From: a virus
Lineage: Duplodnaviria; Caudoviricetes
Virus record (IMG/VR): IMGVR_UViG_3300025316_001101
DNA length: 64,000 bases
Reading direction: 5' to 3' (one strand)
Below, piece by piece: positions 17,981 to 27,831 of the stretch. The notes under the pieces are model-generated. The model was given only the letters and a program-made list of their open reading frames with translations. It was not told where the DNA came from and did not search any database. A program made the translations under genes and the position numbers. Positions within the stretch are counted from its first letter, which is position 1; each line of letters begins with the position of its first letter.

Positions 17981-20024
17981 AGGTCATTTTTGCATAAGCT
18001 ACCATCTCCTCGATAGTTTCCTGTTTCATTTTCAGTAAACCCTTCAAATAACCAACATCACTAGCTCCTACCTCGTCCAAACTCTTGATGCCAGCCTTAA
18101 AGAGCTTCTCTGCCCGCACTTTACCAATATTGGGAATCGTACATAGATCTACTAATTCTTCACGTACTCCATAAGTCATGCGAAGTCCTAATCGTTTTAA
18201 CCAATCTTGTTCTCCCCACTTACAAGCCATACCATCCAACGCTTTCAATACCGCATTCGCTCTAGGAAAATCAAACTGTAGATTTCTAGCCAGCCCCGAC
18301 ACTGCACCAGGGTCCATCCCACGCAACAAAGTAAAGTAAGCATACGCCCCTTTTACAGAGGGCTCCTTTGGAGAATTGGCTCCGAACATTTCACTGATTT
18401 TAGCAGCAAAGGTTGCCATATCATCACGCTCAGCCCTGCTCACAATTCCCTGTCGCAGGGTATCTACATTTCCCAACGCAACCGACACAATGATGTCATT
18501 ATTTTGATAACCGTTCTTGAATAAAATATCAAAATTTCTCTTGAGATCCGCAACATCAAATGGCGAATAATAAAACATGCTGGATATAACACCAGTCATT
18601 GTTGCTTTGTATACATCATCTTCCTTGAAAATGGCTCCACACTTGATAAGCAATTCTAGCGTCTTTTCCACAATTTGATCATCCAAGTCCTGTGCTTGAA
18701 AATGAGCAAAACTTTTCTCGTACCATGCATACACATCTTCCTTGGTCTTGATATTATTGTGATGAATCTCACTCACTAAATGAAACGCCAGCGTCTTATA
18801 ATGCGGCTCTTCTTCAGTGCCAACATAATCCAAAAGTTTGGATACTATATTTTCTGGCTTACTCAATCGCACTTTATGACGTTTTTCTTCTGACCGAGGA
18901 AGCAGCACATAAACATCGCCCCGTGGATCAAGACCAACTCGTCCTGCTCTACCCGCCATCTGTTGAATATTATAACTTTCCACTTCATCTAATCCACGAT
19001 GTACACCCGTAATAATCACCCTGCGAGCGGGCATATTTAATCCCCACGCTAAGGTACTAGTGGCAATAACGATTCTAAAATCGGGATCGGTTCTGAATGA
19101 TTTTTCCAAAGCATGTCTTTTGTCTTTCTCTAAATCAGCATTGTGAAAATCACAATTGATACCTAGCTTCTTTAGCGATGACTTCATTAACTCCCCAGTT
19201 CGCTTAGTATGAACAAATACTAAAAATTTATCATTGGGATGATCTTCTAAAATAGACAAAGCAGCATTAACTTTACTCTCTTCCTTTTCATCATAACGAC
19301 CAACATCATAATAGCTTTCGTAATGAATTGCCAAAGGACATGGACGATATTGAGAAGCAAGCAAGTAAGTATCTTTGCCTGTTAAATCATAACTGACCCA
19401 CTTGGCAATCTCATCTACATTCGGCATAGTGGCCGACAACAATACAATACGAGCATTGGGTGCGAGTTGGGAAAATTTCATCAATCCCACTTCTAAATGG
19501 TCACCACGTCCGGGGACTGTAAGCAAATGGCTTTCATCAACCACTAAAGTACCCACTTCTTTTAACCATTCATTATGTTCGGCCTTGAAATTGCGACAGC
19601 GGGAATTAAGCATTTCACTGGTCATCAAGATAAGATTGGACTCTGCCAATTCTTTCTTGCGAGAAGCTGTCAATTGATAGTCGCCAGTACAGATGCTCAA
19701 CTTTAGATCTGAGAAATGATGTTTCTTCTCACCTTCGGCTGTAGTCCAATCATCAATCTTTTCTTTTGCTAGGGCTTTAAGAGGAGCCAGATACATAGCT
19801 TTACCGCCACGAACCCTTGCTTCATGAGCCATTAACATCTCTGCACAAACGGTTTTTCCAGCACTTGTAGCAGCCGCAATTACAAGATTGGCATCCTTAT
19901 CATGAATTTCCACCACTCGGCTTTGTACCGGATTAAAAGTGGCAAATGGGAACTTTGCATACTTTGGAAAATCTTTGCACGCAATACAGTTGTTTTGATC
20001 ATCAATTTTAATGACAGGTGGCAT
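17964..20024 (-). CDS. Ski2-like / Hel308(Hjm)-type SF2 helicase
   Basis: FNPVQ, AATSAGKT, LAPLKALAKEK, VVDESH, LLSATMPN, HNADL, IATSTLAWGLNMPA, QMAGRAGRVG, C-terminal HhH IPNIGKVRAEKLFKAG. Confidence 0.9.
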   Translation of the reverse strand: MPPVIKIDDQNNCIACKDFPKYAKFPFATFNPVQSRVVEIHDKDANLVIAAATSAGKTVCAEMLMAHEARVRGGKAMYLAPLKALAKEKIDDWTTAEGEKKHHFSDLKLSICTGDYQLTASRKKELAESNLILMTSEMLNSRCRNFKAEHNEWLKEVGTLVVDESHLLTVPGRGDHLEVGLMKFSQLAPNARIVLLSATMPNVDEIAKWVSYDLTGKDTYLLASQYRPCPLAIHYESYYDVGRYDEKEESKVNAALSILEDHPNDKFLVFVHTKRTGELMKSSLKKLGINCDFHNADLEKDKRHALEKSFRTDPDFRIVIATSTLAWGLNMPARRVIITGVHRGLDEVESYNIQQMAGRAGRVGLDPRGDVYVLLPRSEEKRHKVRLSKPENIVSKLLDYVGTEEEPHYKTLAFHLVSEIHHNNIKTKEDVYAWYEKSFAHFQAQDLDDQIVEKTLELLIKCGAIFKEDDVYKATMTGVISSMFYYSPFDVADLKRNFDILFKNGYQNNDIIVSVALGNVDTLRQGIVSRAERDDMATFAAKISEMFGANSPKEPSVKGAYAYFTLLRGMDPGAVSGLARNLQFDFPRANAVLKALDGMACKWGEQDWLKRLGLRMTYGVREELVDLCTIPNIGKVRAEKLFKAGIKSLDEVGASDVGYLKGLLKMKQETIEEMVAYAKMTSMVDQ

Positions 20025-20102
20025 AAAACGCTCTCCCATAAAGCGAAACAGCGTGCGGAAATATAAATAATGATCCACACGCTGCTTCAATAATGTTGAC
20101 AG

Positions 20103-20372
20103 TTACGCTACTTCGGCTTCGGTATCCATACCGGCTCTATGACCGTATTCCTCTTTTACATATCGGCCGACCTCATCAAACATTTCAAACCATTCGGCGG
20201 CACCAGACGCTCCTGAAAGGAGCTTATCTACACTTTGATCACGCTGTATCAAGAGCGTGATTGCGGCTACATCGCCGCTTAAATTCTGTTTGAATCTCGA
20301 CCCCAAGAAATACAAATCCTCATCGGAAAGCTTTCTCACATACTCACTTAAAATTACATTACTCTTTTTCAT
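20103..20372 (-). CDS. hypothetical protein
   Basis: 89 aa ORF with upstream GAGG. Confidence 0.55.
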   Translation of the reverse strand: MKKSNVILSEYVRKLSDEDLYFLGSRFKQNLSGDVAAITLLIQRDQSVDKLLSGASGAAEWFEMFDEVGRYVKEEYGHRAGMDTEAEVA

Positions 20373-20388
20373 TGTAATACCTCACATT

Positions 20389-20685
20389 ATGCATGGACTT
20401 CTTGATATTAAAACACTCGAACATACCATGATTACGAATTGGACTCATTTCCTCGATATGCGCAAACTAATGGCGTTTGCCAAGAATGCAGTGGTTGAAC
20501 ACCACTATATCGAAGCCACTTGTACAATTCAACAACTCACCATCTCCCGATTTGAATTCAAATCCGTAGGATTCATCCTTTGGATAGAAGTCAATATACA
20601 GAATATGGACAAAAAGGTCAAGGCGACTATTGAAGCTTTCTTATCCGATAGTGAATTAGTTTACATTACCAGCACTACGGACTAA
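20389..20685 (+). CDS. hypothetical protein
   Basis: Likely start ATG 20389 (MHGLLDIK). Confidence 0.5.
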   Translation: MHGLLDIKTLEHTMITNWTHFLDMRKLMAFAKNAVVEHHYIEATCTIQQLTISRFEFKSVGFILWIEVNIQNMDKKVKATIEAFLSDSELVYITSTTD

Positions 20686-20969
20686 ACAACGGCCAATCGG
20701 CTCCTTTCTTCTTCGTCATGATCCACAAAAATTATGTTGTCATGATCTGGATACCTTAGCGATAAATTATAAGTGTCTATAAATGCTGTACGGTCATCTT
20801 GACAGGTGTTAACCCAGCAATATCCTGGATCTTTAACCTTTTGACCATCCTTGCCTTCTTTTGTTATTCCTACCTGAAGTGTAATCCCATCCGGTAATTG
20901 TACCTCAATTTGGCCGTCCTTCAAGAGCGAAGTGATGATGAGATGTTGAAGTTTATCTTTTTTAGTCAT
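20682..20969 (-). CDS. hypothetical protein
   Basis: Likely start ATG 20969 (MTKKDKLQ) with GGAGG upstream. Confidence 0.55.
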   Translation of the reverse strand: MTKKDKLQHLIITSLLKDGQIEVQLPDGITLQVGITKEGKDGQKVKDPGYCWVNTCQDDRTAFIDTYNLSLRYPDHDNIIFVDHDEEERSRLAVV

Positions 20970-21069
20970 GATAGGTATCCTCCAAAAAATACTACCATAT
21001 CTACTCGTAATAAGCCCTAGATTGCCAAGGTCTAAAATATTAAAGCAATCATTTCCCCACAAAATTCTA

Positions 21070-21543
21070 TTAAATTAGATTGACTTGATCCGGTTGCATG
21101 TGGCTATATTTGAATCCCTCATAATCACACATTTCCACCTTGCCATCATAAGGAGAGTTAATCGGCCGACCCCTCGTATCTAAACAAACCGTCCAACAAT
21201 AGATTTTACGATTCATGCCAGGAAGTTCCACTAAAGATAGATTATGCCCACCTAAAAACTTCTTCGCAATCTTTGTTACTAAAGAAAATGGCAAAAAAGG
21301 AATAGTTTTACCAAATATCTGTACGGTTTCTAAGAAATGTGTTTTATAATCTGCACGACTGAAATACAACACCACATCATACCCATCCACTACAGTTTCT
21401 ACTATTTTTAATAAATGGATATCGTCCTCTAAACGTGGGTCATTAAGAGGATAATTATAAGGAACTAATGCATCCCCAACGTTTTTTATCTGCTCAATGA
21501 TGTCATCTAAAGTTTTGTGTTGCATAGAGTTATTCCCCACCAT
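21070..21543 (-). CDS. hypothetical protein
   Basis: 157 aa ORF. Confidence 0.6.
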   Translation of the reverse strand: MVGNNSMQHKTLDDIIEQIKNVGDALVPYNYPLNDPRLEDDIHLLKIVETVVDGYDVVLYFSRADYKTHFLETVQIFGKTIPFLPFSLVTKIAKKFLGGHNLSLVELPGMNRKIYCWTVCLDTRGRPINSPYDGKVEMCDYEGFKYSHMQPDQVNLI

Positions 21544-21561
21544 ATATATTCACGCAAATGG

Positions 21562-22611
21562 CTAAAATTCGTATTCACTACCATATACTGCATTGGCGTG
21601 ATCGATGGGGTTAAGATATTCCTGTAATTTGTTGCAATCCAAATGCAATTGAGAAATAATTTCCTCCACTTGTCTTATCGCTAATCGTCTCGCTATATGC
21701 GACCAAATTCCATTACCATCTGTCATTATTAAGTTTTTCCATATTCTAGCTATAAACCAATTTCTAACCTGCTTCATACCTTGTGATAGTTTACACTCTT
21801 CAAGAAACTCCAGCAATCCCAGTACGTCTTTTGGCTCCAACCATAACAAAGAAGACCAACGATCACCCTCAGCATATGGCCTAAGAATTGGCTTGTTTTT
21901 CACCACCTCTACAAAATGCAATAATAATCTAATCCAATTTTTTAACAAATATGAATCCACACATCCATCATTGCCCACAATGCGAAATTCTACAGTTTCT
22001 CGATTCCTCTTCTGTACCTTCTGATATGTGTTTATGGTGTAATATTTGTGTTCGCTCAACTTCTCTATAAGCTTGTCAGGCACGATTAAATCATTGTGTT
22101 GAAACTCCTGACACGCTCCTATGCATTGACAAAACCTGTTAACCTTTCTATGAGCTTGAACCGAATCCATAAACACCGCTTCACATTTAATCCAGTACGA
22201 TAATATAGATGCCAATTGATAATCATCACAATCCCTTACCTCTACATGTACATGTGCTGCACATCTGCCATCCGCTTTTATGTTCGAGTCTTCATTTAAT
22301 ACATCTACCGCTTTACAGATTTGAGACAAAGCATGACAGCCACGACTTACCGGCGAACAAATTTCTATACCACAACTAGCGTCTGGCTTCAAAACCCAAC
22401 AATTATTGTTATCCGTATGGCCCCATTTTCGCACCTCAACTTTTTCTCTAAAAATTTCTGAAAGCAATGCTGCTATATAATGTATCCCTTCAGGAAGCTC
22501 TCCTCTGTCCAGAGGAGCAGCCCTAAAATCTCTGTCATCGAATGCATTTAACTCTATTTCTACGCCGAAACGTCGATGTGAATTAAATGTTATGAGATTC
22601 AGCGAGTCCAT
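21562..22611 (-). CDS. putative amidoligase (COOH-NH2 ligase type 2)
   Basis: RRFGVEIEL, W.LKPDASCG.EICSP, CAAHVHV, KYYTIN, TVEFR. Confidence 0.8.
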   Translation of the reverse strand: MDSLNLITFNSHRRFGVEIELNAFDDRDFRAAPLDRGELPEGIHYIAALLSEIFREKVEVRKWGHTDNNNCWVLKPDASCGIEICSPVSRGCHALSQICKAVDVLNEDSNIKADGRCAAHVHVEVRDCDDYQLASILSYWIKCEAVFMDSVQAHRKVNRFCQCIGACQEFQHNDLIVPDKLIEKLSEHKYYTINTYQKVQKRNRETVEFRIVGNDGCVDSYLLKNWIRLLLHFVEVVKNKPILRPYAEGDRWSSLLWLEPKDVLGLLEFLEECKLSQGMKQVRNWFIARIWKNLIMTDGNGIWSHIARRLAIRQVEEIISQLHLDCNKLQEYLNPIDHANAVYGSEYEF

Positions 22612-22667
22612 ATATGTTATCCTATCAATAAAAAACCCAAAAAACAAACCAATTCAATCGCAGTGTA

Positions 22668-22696
22668 TTGACTTGGACGTTTTTACATACTATAAA
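22668..22696 (+). promoter_or_regulatory. sigma70-type promoter
   Basis: TTGACT-N17-TATAAA, followed by AGGAG and ATG 22715. Confidence 0.65.
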
Positions 22697-22714
22697 AGTA
22701 TTAGGAGAATTGTT

Positions 22715-23197
22715 ATGCCCACATACAAACCACATAAATGCTTAATGGTAAAAACTAAAGACAATCGTAGTTTTTTCACCCACAGCAAGTATTATCCACA
22801 ACTTACTGAATTTTCTAAGACTTTCGGAGCAGAAATCTCAGTTGTGAAAATCAAAGAAGGTGAAGTCCTAGACCTAATTCAACTGGCTCCCGCCATTTGT
22901 AATTCGGACTATACCGCCAAACCAGAATTTGAAATTCTAGAAACAAAGATACCCATCAAGAAACGATGCCGTTCTAAACTTCTAAAGAACTCACAAAAGA
23001 TCCGAAATTATATCGAATCCCAGTTCCGTAATGGAACCACCGTTTCTCTAAAGATCCTAATGAATCGCTACAAAAGATTGCGAATCACCTCGGCCTGCCT
23101 TTGTAACCACATAAAAGTAGTCCGAGAAAAACTAGAAAAAGAAGGTATGAAAATCATAAAGGTGGGTGGCGGAAAATATCAGATGAACACACAATAA
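22715..23197 (+). CDS. hypothetical protein, possible C-terminal winged-helix
   Basis: MPTYKPHKC..; C-terminal CLCNHIKVVREKLEKEGMKIIKVGGGKY. Confidence 0.6.
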   Translation: MPTYKPHKCLMVKTKDNRSFFTHSKYYPQLTEFSKTFGAEISVVKIKEGEVLDLIQLAPAICNSDYTAKPEFEILETKIPIKKRCRSKLLKNSQKIRNYIESQFRNGTTVSLKILMNRYKRLRITSACLCNHIKVVREKLEKEGMKIIKVGGGKYQMNTQ

Positions 23198-23201
23198 TCT
23201 T

Positions 23202-23801
23202 CTATGTTTTAATACAACTAATTCTTTTCGTTATTTTCTGAATAAGCTGTTCACAAAAGATCATATAGTTTTTATTGAGATTGTCTATCCATGACTGGCG
23301 ATCCCCTTCGTACTTACCAATAGGATTATTGGCATTTTTTATCTGCAATTGACCCGTACCTAAGTTCGCTATACATAAATCTTTCCAATCCATAAACTCG
23401 ATTGGCACCACCTCGACCTGTTGAATGTCAACTGTCGTTTCTTTATGCTGATAATACACAAATACATATAATAAGTATTTGTTTGCATCTGCATAAAGCT
23501 TAGTAAGCCTGCCAATCGAGATTAAGTTTGGCATAGAAAACGCCGCCCCTATATGCTTAGATTTGACATCCACAAAAAATTTCATGCCATCTTTAGCTAC
23601 CAACACATCCTCAATGGAACGTTTAGATTTGGCCTTTTTTGCGGTGTAATCAAAAGACTCAATATTGTCAATAACATACTGCGTCATCATCCCTTCAATG
23701 GAATCTGCTACTGACCTCTGCATGGCAAATTGATCTACCTTAAATCGTGTGCCGATCAATTGGCTGCAAATCGTATGTAATAATCCTTTTGTATTTTGCA
23801 T
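23202..23801 (-). CDS. restriction-endonuclease-like PD-(D/E)xK protein
   Basis: SIEDVLV...FFVDVKSK; start uncertain (track start overlaps uvsX and a terminator). Confidence 0.55.
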   Translation of the reverse strand: MQNTKGLLHTICSQLIGTRFKVDQFAMQRSVADSIEGMMTQYVIDNIESFDYTAKKAKSKRSIEDVLVAKDGMKFFVDVKSKHIGAAFSMPNLISIGRLTKLYADANKYLLYVFVYYQHKETTVDIQQVEVVPIEFMDWKDLCIANLGTGQLQIKNANNPIGKYEGDRQSWIDNLNKNYMIFCEQLIQKITKRISCIKT

Positions 23802-23809
23802 AATGAAAA

Positions 23810-23836
23810 AGCCCACCCGGCAAAGCCGGGTGGGCT
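23810..23836. terminator. terminator after uvsX
   Basis: AGCCCACCCGGC-aaa-GCCGGGTGGGCT. Confidence 0.75.
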
Positions 23837-23844
23837 CGATTCGT

Positions 23845-25104
23845 TCATTCGTCCTCATCACCCTTTCCAAGAGCTTCCAAATCCACATCCATGTCTTCAT
23901 TGGTAATCTCTTTTTCCTCAGTGGTATCACTGACGGACAAGTTAAGAGCAGCACCGTAAATTTCAAGATAATCACGAACTTGTTGTTCGGAGTCAGCATC
24001 AATGACAGCAGGGCACTTTAGAATTGCATCTGCTGGCACATCATTGCGAGCTTCTGTGCTTTGGAATTTAATTTCCTCGCCACCAGCCCACGGCTCCAAA
24101 ATCTTGTAATAACCCTTGCCACTCTTTTCGATACGACCAGCCGCCAATAGTGCGCCAAGCAATCCGCCCAATGGCGAAATTCCATGCTTGAAATATAGCT
24201 GCACTTCGTTGACAGCTACGAATGGAGTGAAGCTACGATTCTTTTTGTTTTGGAACGTTAAATTAACGCCCAAAGGCATTTCAGAATTTTTCTTCTTCTT
24301 TTTCTTGCCATCGTCTTCCTTGTCCTTATCCTTATCGGACTTCCCGTAAATAAGGGCATGAGCCGATGTACGAATACGACAACTGGCATAGAATGGCAAT
24401 GCATTTCCGCCACCGGCCGTAACTTCCGGCGATCCATACAATACGCCAATGGCTTGACGAGTTTGATTAATCACAAACAACGTTGCATTGTTTTCACTCA
24501 AAAACGGATTAATCTTTCGTAGAAAATCACCACAAGCCTTAGCACGCTCGCCCGGCTGCGTGTTTCCACCCACGATCCGCTTAAATTCCTCTTTAGAGAA
24601 TTTCTCAGGTAAATTTGTTTCTCTAAATTCACGTTCGGTCGGCGTTACACCAATAGAGTCCCATACAAACAAAATGGGAATATCTTTACCTTTGTATTGA
24701 CGGATCTTTTTAGTGGCAGCAACAATCTTTCGCTCCACCTCTTGTATACTAATGGGTTCATAAGTCACCAATTTCTTGGTATTGACATGACCCGCCGATT
24801 CCGCAAACATCGGATTGGCTGCACGCTCGCAGTCCAAAAGAATGGCAATGCCGCCCATACGCTGCACACTGCCTAAAACGGTATACCCCAGCAAAGATTT
24901 CGCTGAAGCCGGTGGCCCATAAACTTCAATAATCTTCCCACCGGGAAGACCACCAGTTATAAACTTGCCACTCGAAGCGAAGTTGAGACCTAAATTTCCG
25001 GTATCTAAATGATAGTCACTTTTACTGGCTTCACTTAGCGTCTCCCCACCGGTACTACTTGCCAACTCTGAAAAGAATTCATCCTCTTTGTTTTTCTTGG
25101 CCAT
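23845..25104 (-). CDS. uvsX: RecA/UvsX recombinase
   Basis: GLPGGKIIEVYGPPASAKS (variant Walker A), ILLDCERA, LFVWDSIG, LFVINQTR, GGGNALPFYASCRI, NKKNRSFTPF. Confidence 0.93.
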   Translation of the reverse strand: MAKKNKEDEFFSELASSTGGETLSEASKSDYHLDTGNLGLNFASSGKFITGGLPGGKIIEVYGPPASAKSLLGYTVLGSVQRMGGIAILLDCERAANPMFAESAGHVNTKKLVTYEPISIQEVERKIVAATKKIRQYKGKDIPILFVWDSIGVTPTEREFRETNLPEKFSKEEFKRIVGGNTQPGERAKACGDFLRKINPFLSENNATLFVINQTRQAIGVLYGSPEVTAGGGNALPFYASCRIRTSAHALIYGKSDKDKDKEDDGKKKKKKNSEMPLGVNLTFQNKKNRSFTPFVAVNEVQLYFKHGISPLGGLLGALLAAGRIEKSGKGYYKILEPWAGGEEIKFQSTEARNDVPADAILKCPAVIDADSEQQVRDYLEIYGAALNLSVSDTTEEKEITNEDMDVDLEALGKGDEDE

Positions 25105-25159
25105 ATTAAATTGTCCTTATGGTTTCATATGATTACTTTCTTTTATTGATTTATGAAAT

Positions 25160-25191
25160 GACCCTCCACGGCCGAACGGCCGTGGAGGGTC
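25160..25191. terminator. terminator after gp32
   Basis: GACCCTCCACGGCC-gaac-GGCCGTGGAGGGTC. Confidence 0.75.
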
Positions 25192-25210
25192 GTAAAATTG
25201 AACCTAGATG

Positions 25211-26197
25211 TTATTCGAGTTCAATATTCTTAATCTGATTCATAAAGTCATCTTCATCCAACGACTTACTGGGTTCAGATTCAACGACCGGAGCTTTGGC
25301 AGTAGTTGTAGACGCACCTGCACCAACAATACTGTCAATGTCGGCTTCGTCCGAAACTACCGTAGCCTTAGAACCACTGGAATGATTCCCGCCAGCCTGA
25401 TATTGAGTGGGATCAAAATCACCCGTCTCGTCTTTTTCAATACCAAGATGGACCTTCAACTGGTGATCAAGAGCCTCATACTCAAGAATACCACGCTCAC
25501 GAATTGCAACAAGATCATGCAAATTCGTCAGCCATTCCTTAACCTGATCCGGCTCACCCAAAGGCGACTGGGCCAGGAATTTGGAATCGTTGTAAGTCGG
25601 GAAGGAATCCTTACCGGACTGCTTCATGACCTTAATCAACTTAAAGTCACGACCGGTCTTAGGATCGGTCACATCACCCAACGATGCGATGTCCATAGTC
25701 TTATCGCCCAAAATAAATTTGAGGATAATACCATGAAGGGTCTTTCCAACCGCCCAAATCTTCGGACCAACATTCGTTTCGACTTCTTGAGTCTTACTGT
25801 TGACCTGTTGGCGAACAATTACGTTGTAGTAATAGCGATCAATAGGCTTAATCGCTCTCGCCTTGTTTTGGGTCTGGGTGGCAACGTCGGGGGACTGTCT
25901 TTCCGACTCTTTCCACAGCCAATTGTAATATCGGCAAACCGGACAATCGCCCTGCCACTTCTTATCGACCAAGACCTTGAGACAGTGGTAGTATCGGTTA
26001 TTCAGTCTGTGGACACGGGAAGGTGCATAGAACGGGTTCTTGGGCCGTCCAAACATCTCTTTAGCAGCGGGTGGAAGCAACCGCATTGCAAAATGGCAAT
26101 TCCCATCGGGAATCAGGACGTAATTGTCCAAATAGCTGTTACCTTGCGTATTCAGCCGTTGATTTTCTTCCATCAATTCATTCAAGTCTAAACTCAT
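25211..26197 (-). CDS. T4 gp32-like single-stranded DNA-binding protein
   Basis: RLLPPA, CPVC..Y..LWK, RYYYNVIV, GPKIWAVGK, DP.TGRDFKL, YNDSKF, acidic tail SLDEDDFM. Confidence 0.9.
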   Translation of the reverse strand: MSLDLNELMEENQRLNTQGNSYLDNYVLIPDGNCHFAMRLLPPAAKEMFGRPKNPFYAPSRVHRLNNRYYHCLKVLVDKKWQGDCPVCRYYNWLWKESERQSPDVATQTQNKARAIKPIDRYYYNVIVRQQVNSKTQEVETNVGPKIWAVGKTLHGIILKFILGDKTMDIASLGDVTDPKTGRDFKLIKVMKQSGKDSFPTYNDSKFLAQSPLGEPDQVKEWLTNLHDLVAIRERGILEYEALDHQLKVHLGIEKDETGDFDPTQYQAGGNHSSGSKATVVSDEADIDSIVGAGASTTTAKAPVVESEPSKSLDEDDFMNQIKNIELE

Positions 26198-26270
26198 AAA
26201 TCGTTCTCCTAGTAAATAAAGTTACAATCGTGATGTAGGATTAATCGGCAACAGACCGAAAATTCCAAAA

Positions 26271-26561
26271 TTATTCTTCACTTTCAAAAACTCTATCATA
26301 TTCCGCAATGATATCTTCCGCAATTTTTACCATCTTAATCCTGGTATAGTCCTGTCCATAATCGCTATTTGTACGACTTACATAAGAAGCCATTAATTGA
26401 GCAATCAGAAATTCCCGGATGGTCATTTCTACTGCTGGTACATTCGCACGTGTTATTCGTTCTTCCATATAAATCTTGCATACATGCCTTACATTCTTAG
26501 AGCTTATCCGAATTGTAAAATAATTGCAAGGGCTGTTTTCAGAAAAACAAAAGGCCGTCAA
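26271..26561 (-). CDS. hypothetical protein
   Basis: 96 aa ORF; true start probably internal (MEERIT). Confidence 0.4.
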   Translation of the reverse strand: MTAFCFSENSPCNYFTIRISSKNVRHVCKIYMEERITRANVPAVEMTIREFLIAQLMASYVSRTNSDYGQDYTRIKMVKIAEDIIAEYDRVFESEE

Positions 26562-26581
26562 GAAATCTTCTTGACGGCCTT
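26551..26581. terminator. hairpin
   Basis: AAGGCCGTCAAGAA-atc-TTCTTGACGGCCTT. Confidence 0.7.
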
Positions 26582-26604
26582 CGTTTCAACTGGAGGTATC
26601 GCTA

Positions 26605-27060
26605 CTAAAGGGGATTATCGTGTGCCTCCTCAACCTCACCTTCTTCTGGTTCGGTCCCCGGTTGTCGAATTTCCGGGTGCTTCTCTACCCACTTCTTTGT
26701 TTTAATTTCAAGAGCATCCATTTTCTCTTTCAATGTCATATGTCCATCAGCTTCAAGCTCAGCGTTAGTCTGCTCTCTTGCAGCCTGTTCCTTGAGATAT
26801 TCTTCTTCAAGAGCTTCTAGTATCTTCAAATTATTTTCTAGTTGTTCCAAAGCACTTTCCTCCTTATGCTGATCAAATTCGATCTGTTTTTCAGTACGTA
26901 CAAAAGGTGGAATTCGCTGCCTTGTGTTTCGCTCAGCCTTTGCTATTTCCCGATCCTTTTTACTTTGTTCTCGTATTTTGGTACGCTTCCTCAATACGGA
27001 TTCCTTGGATTTAGCTTCTCTTTGCTTCTTTTTCTTTTCTTCCAGTTTTTTACTAGCCAT
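26605..27060 (-). CDS. charged coiled-coil hypothetical protein
   Basis: 151 aa Lys/Glu-rich ORF. Confidence 0.6.
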   Translation of the reverse strand: MASKKLEEKKKKQREAKSKESVLRKRTKIREQSKKDREIAKAERNTRQRIPPFVRTEKQIEFDQHKEESALEQLENNLKILEALEEEYLKEQAAREQTNAELEADGHMTLKEKMDALEIKTKKWVEKHPEIRQPGTEPEEGEVEEAHDNPL

Positions 27061-27823
27061 TGAATGTTACCTTTTCAATTCTTGTGTCACCTTGTCTAAC
27101 TGGCATCCATACAGATTCCCAATCTTCCGGCAATCGCTCGGTCATCTTACTGAGTTTATCTTTCATACGATCTATCATAGACTCAGCATCACCAAGAGAC
27201 AGTTGACCAACATTTATATAAAAAATCAAGATGCCTTTGAGTTTTGTATTCTCTTCATAATAACCATTATGTCGTCGATTGCCAATAGAAGAAACATAGC
27301 CCTCCATACAACTTTTCAAAAAATCATCCCATTTATCATTTGCTTGATCAGCACCTTCTGCTAACTGTGGATGACCTAACTCTGCTGAATTTGCATCTTC
27401 CTCCTGGATTCTGGCTAACTCAGCCAACTCTTCTTCCTCAGTTCTCTTCTTTAATGTGTAGGTTTCCGGCCCTTTCATTGGTGGAATTGGTCGATCCCAA
27501 TATCCTTGATACCCCACTTCTTTAGTCTGCGTCTCTACTTCTGGAGCTTTGTCACAATACGAACAATTACATCCCTTAGGATGAATTTCTTCTTCTGTAT
27601 GGCAACGGCCATCGGTAATCTCCGCTGTTCTATGGAGATTGGGCAATCCCTTTGTACAGCCCTTCCACTTCTCAACAAGTTCTTTACTGACTACTACGTC
27701 ATTGACCTTGTTAGAAAATTCTATTACTGCTTTAGCTTGGTCTCTTTTCTTAAACGACCTTTTTTTAGGCTCCTGCATTTTTGGATCTAATTTTCCCATA
27801 TCTTCTTCATCATAACTGTTCAT
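27053..27823 (-). CDS. hypothetical protein with C-terminal segment resembling the T4 gp20 portal IFYIDVG motif
   Basis: LIFYINVGQLSLGDAESMIDRMKDKL; start ATG 27823 after AAGGAG. Confidence 0.55.
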   Translation of the reverse strand: MNSYDEEDMGKLDPKMQEPKKRSFKKRDQAKAVIEFSNKVNDVVVSKELVEKWKGCTKGLPNLHRTAEITDGRCHTEEEIHPKGCNCSYCDKAPEVETQTKEVGYQGYWDRPIPPMKGPETYTLKKRTEEEELAELARIQEEDANSAELGHPQLAEGADQANDKWDDFLKSCMEGYVSSIGNRRHNGYYEENTKLKGILIFYINVGQLSLGDAESMIDRMKDKLSKMTERLPEDWESVWMPVRQGDTRIEKVTFNG

Positions 27824-27831
27824 ATGTCTCC

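Noticed and set aside
24290-24345. Lys/Asp-rich insertion in UvsX as an intein or intron
   Set aside because: Short in-frame low-complexity loop without Cys/Ser...His-Asn intein ends
25208-26191. 327-aa plus-strand ORF
   Set aside because: Exact antisense shadow of the gp32 gene, with no motifs and no start signals
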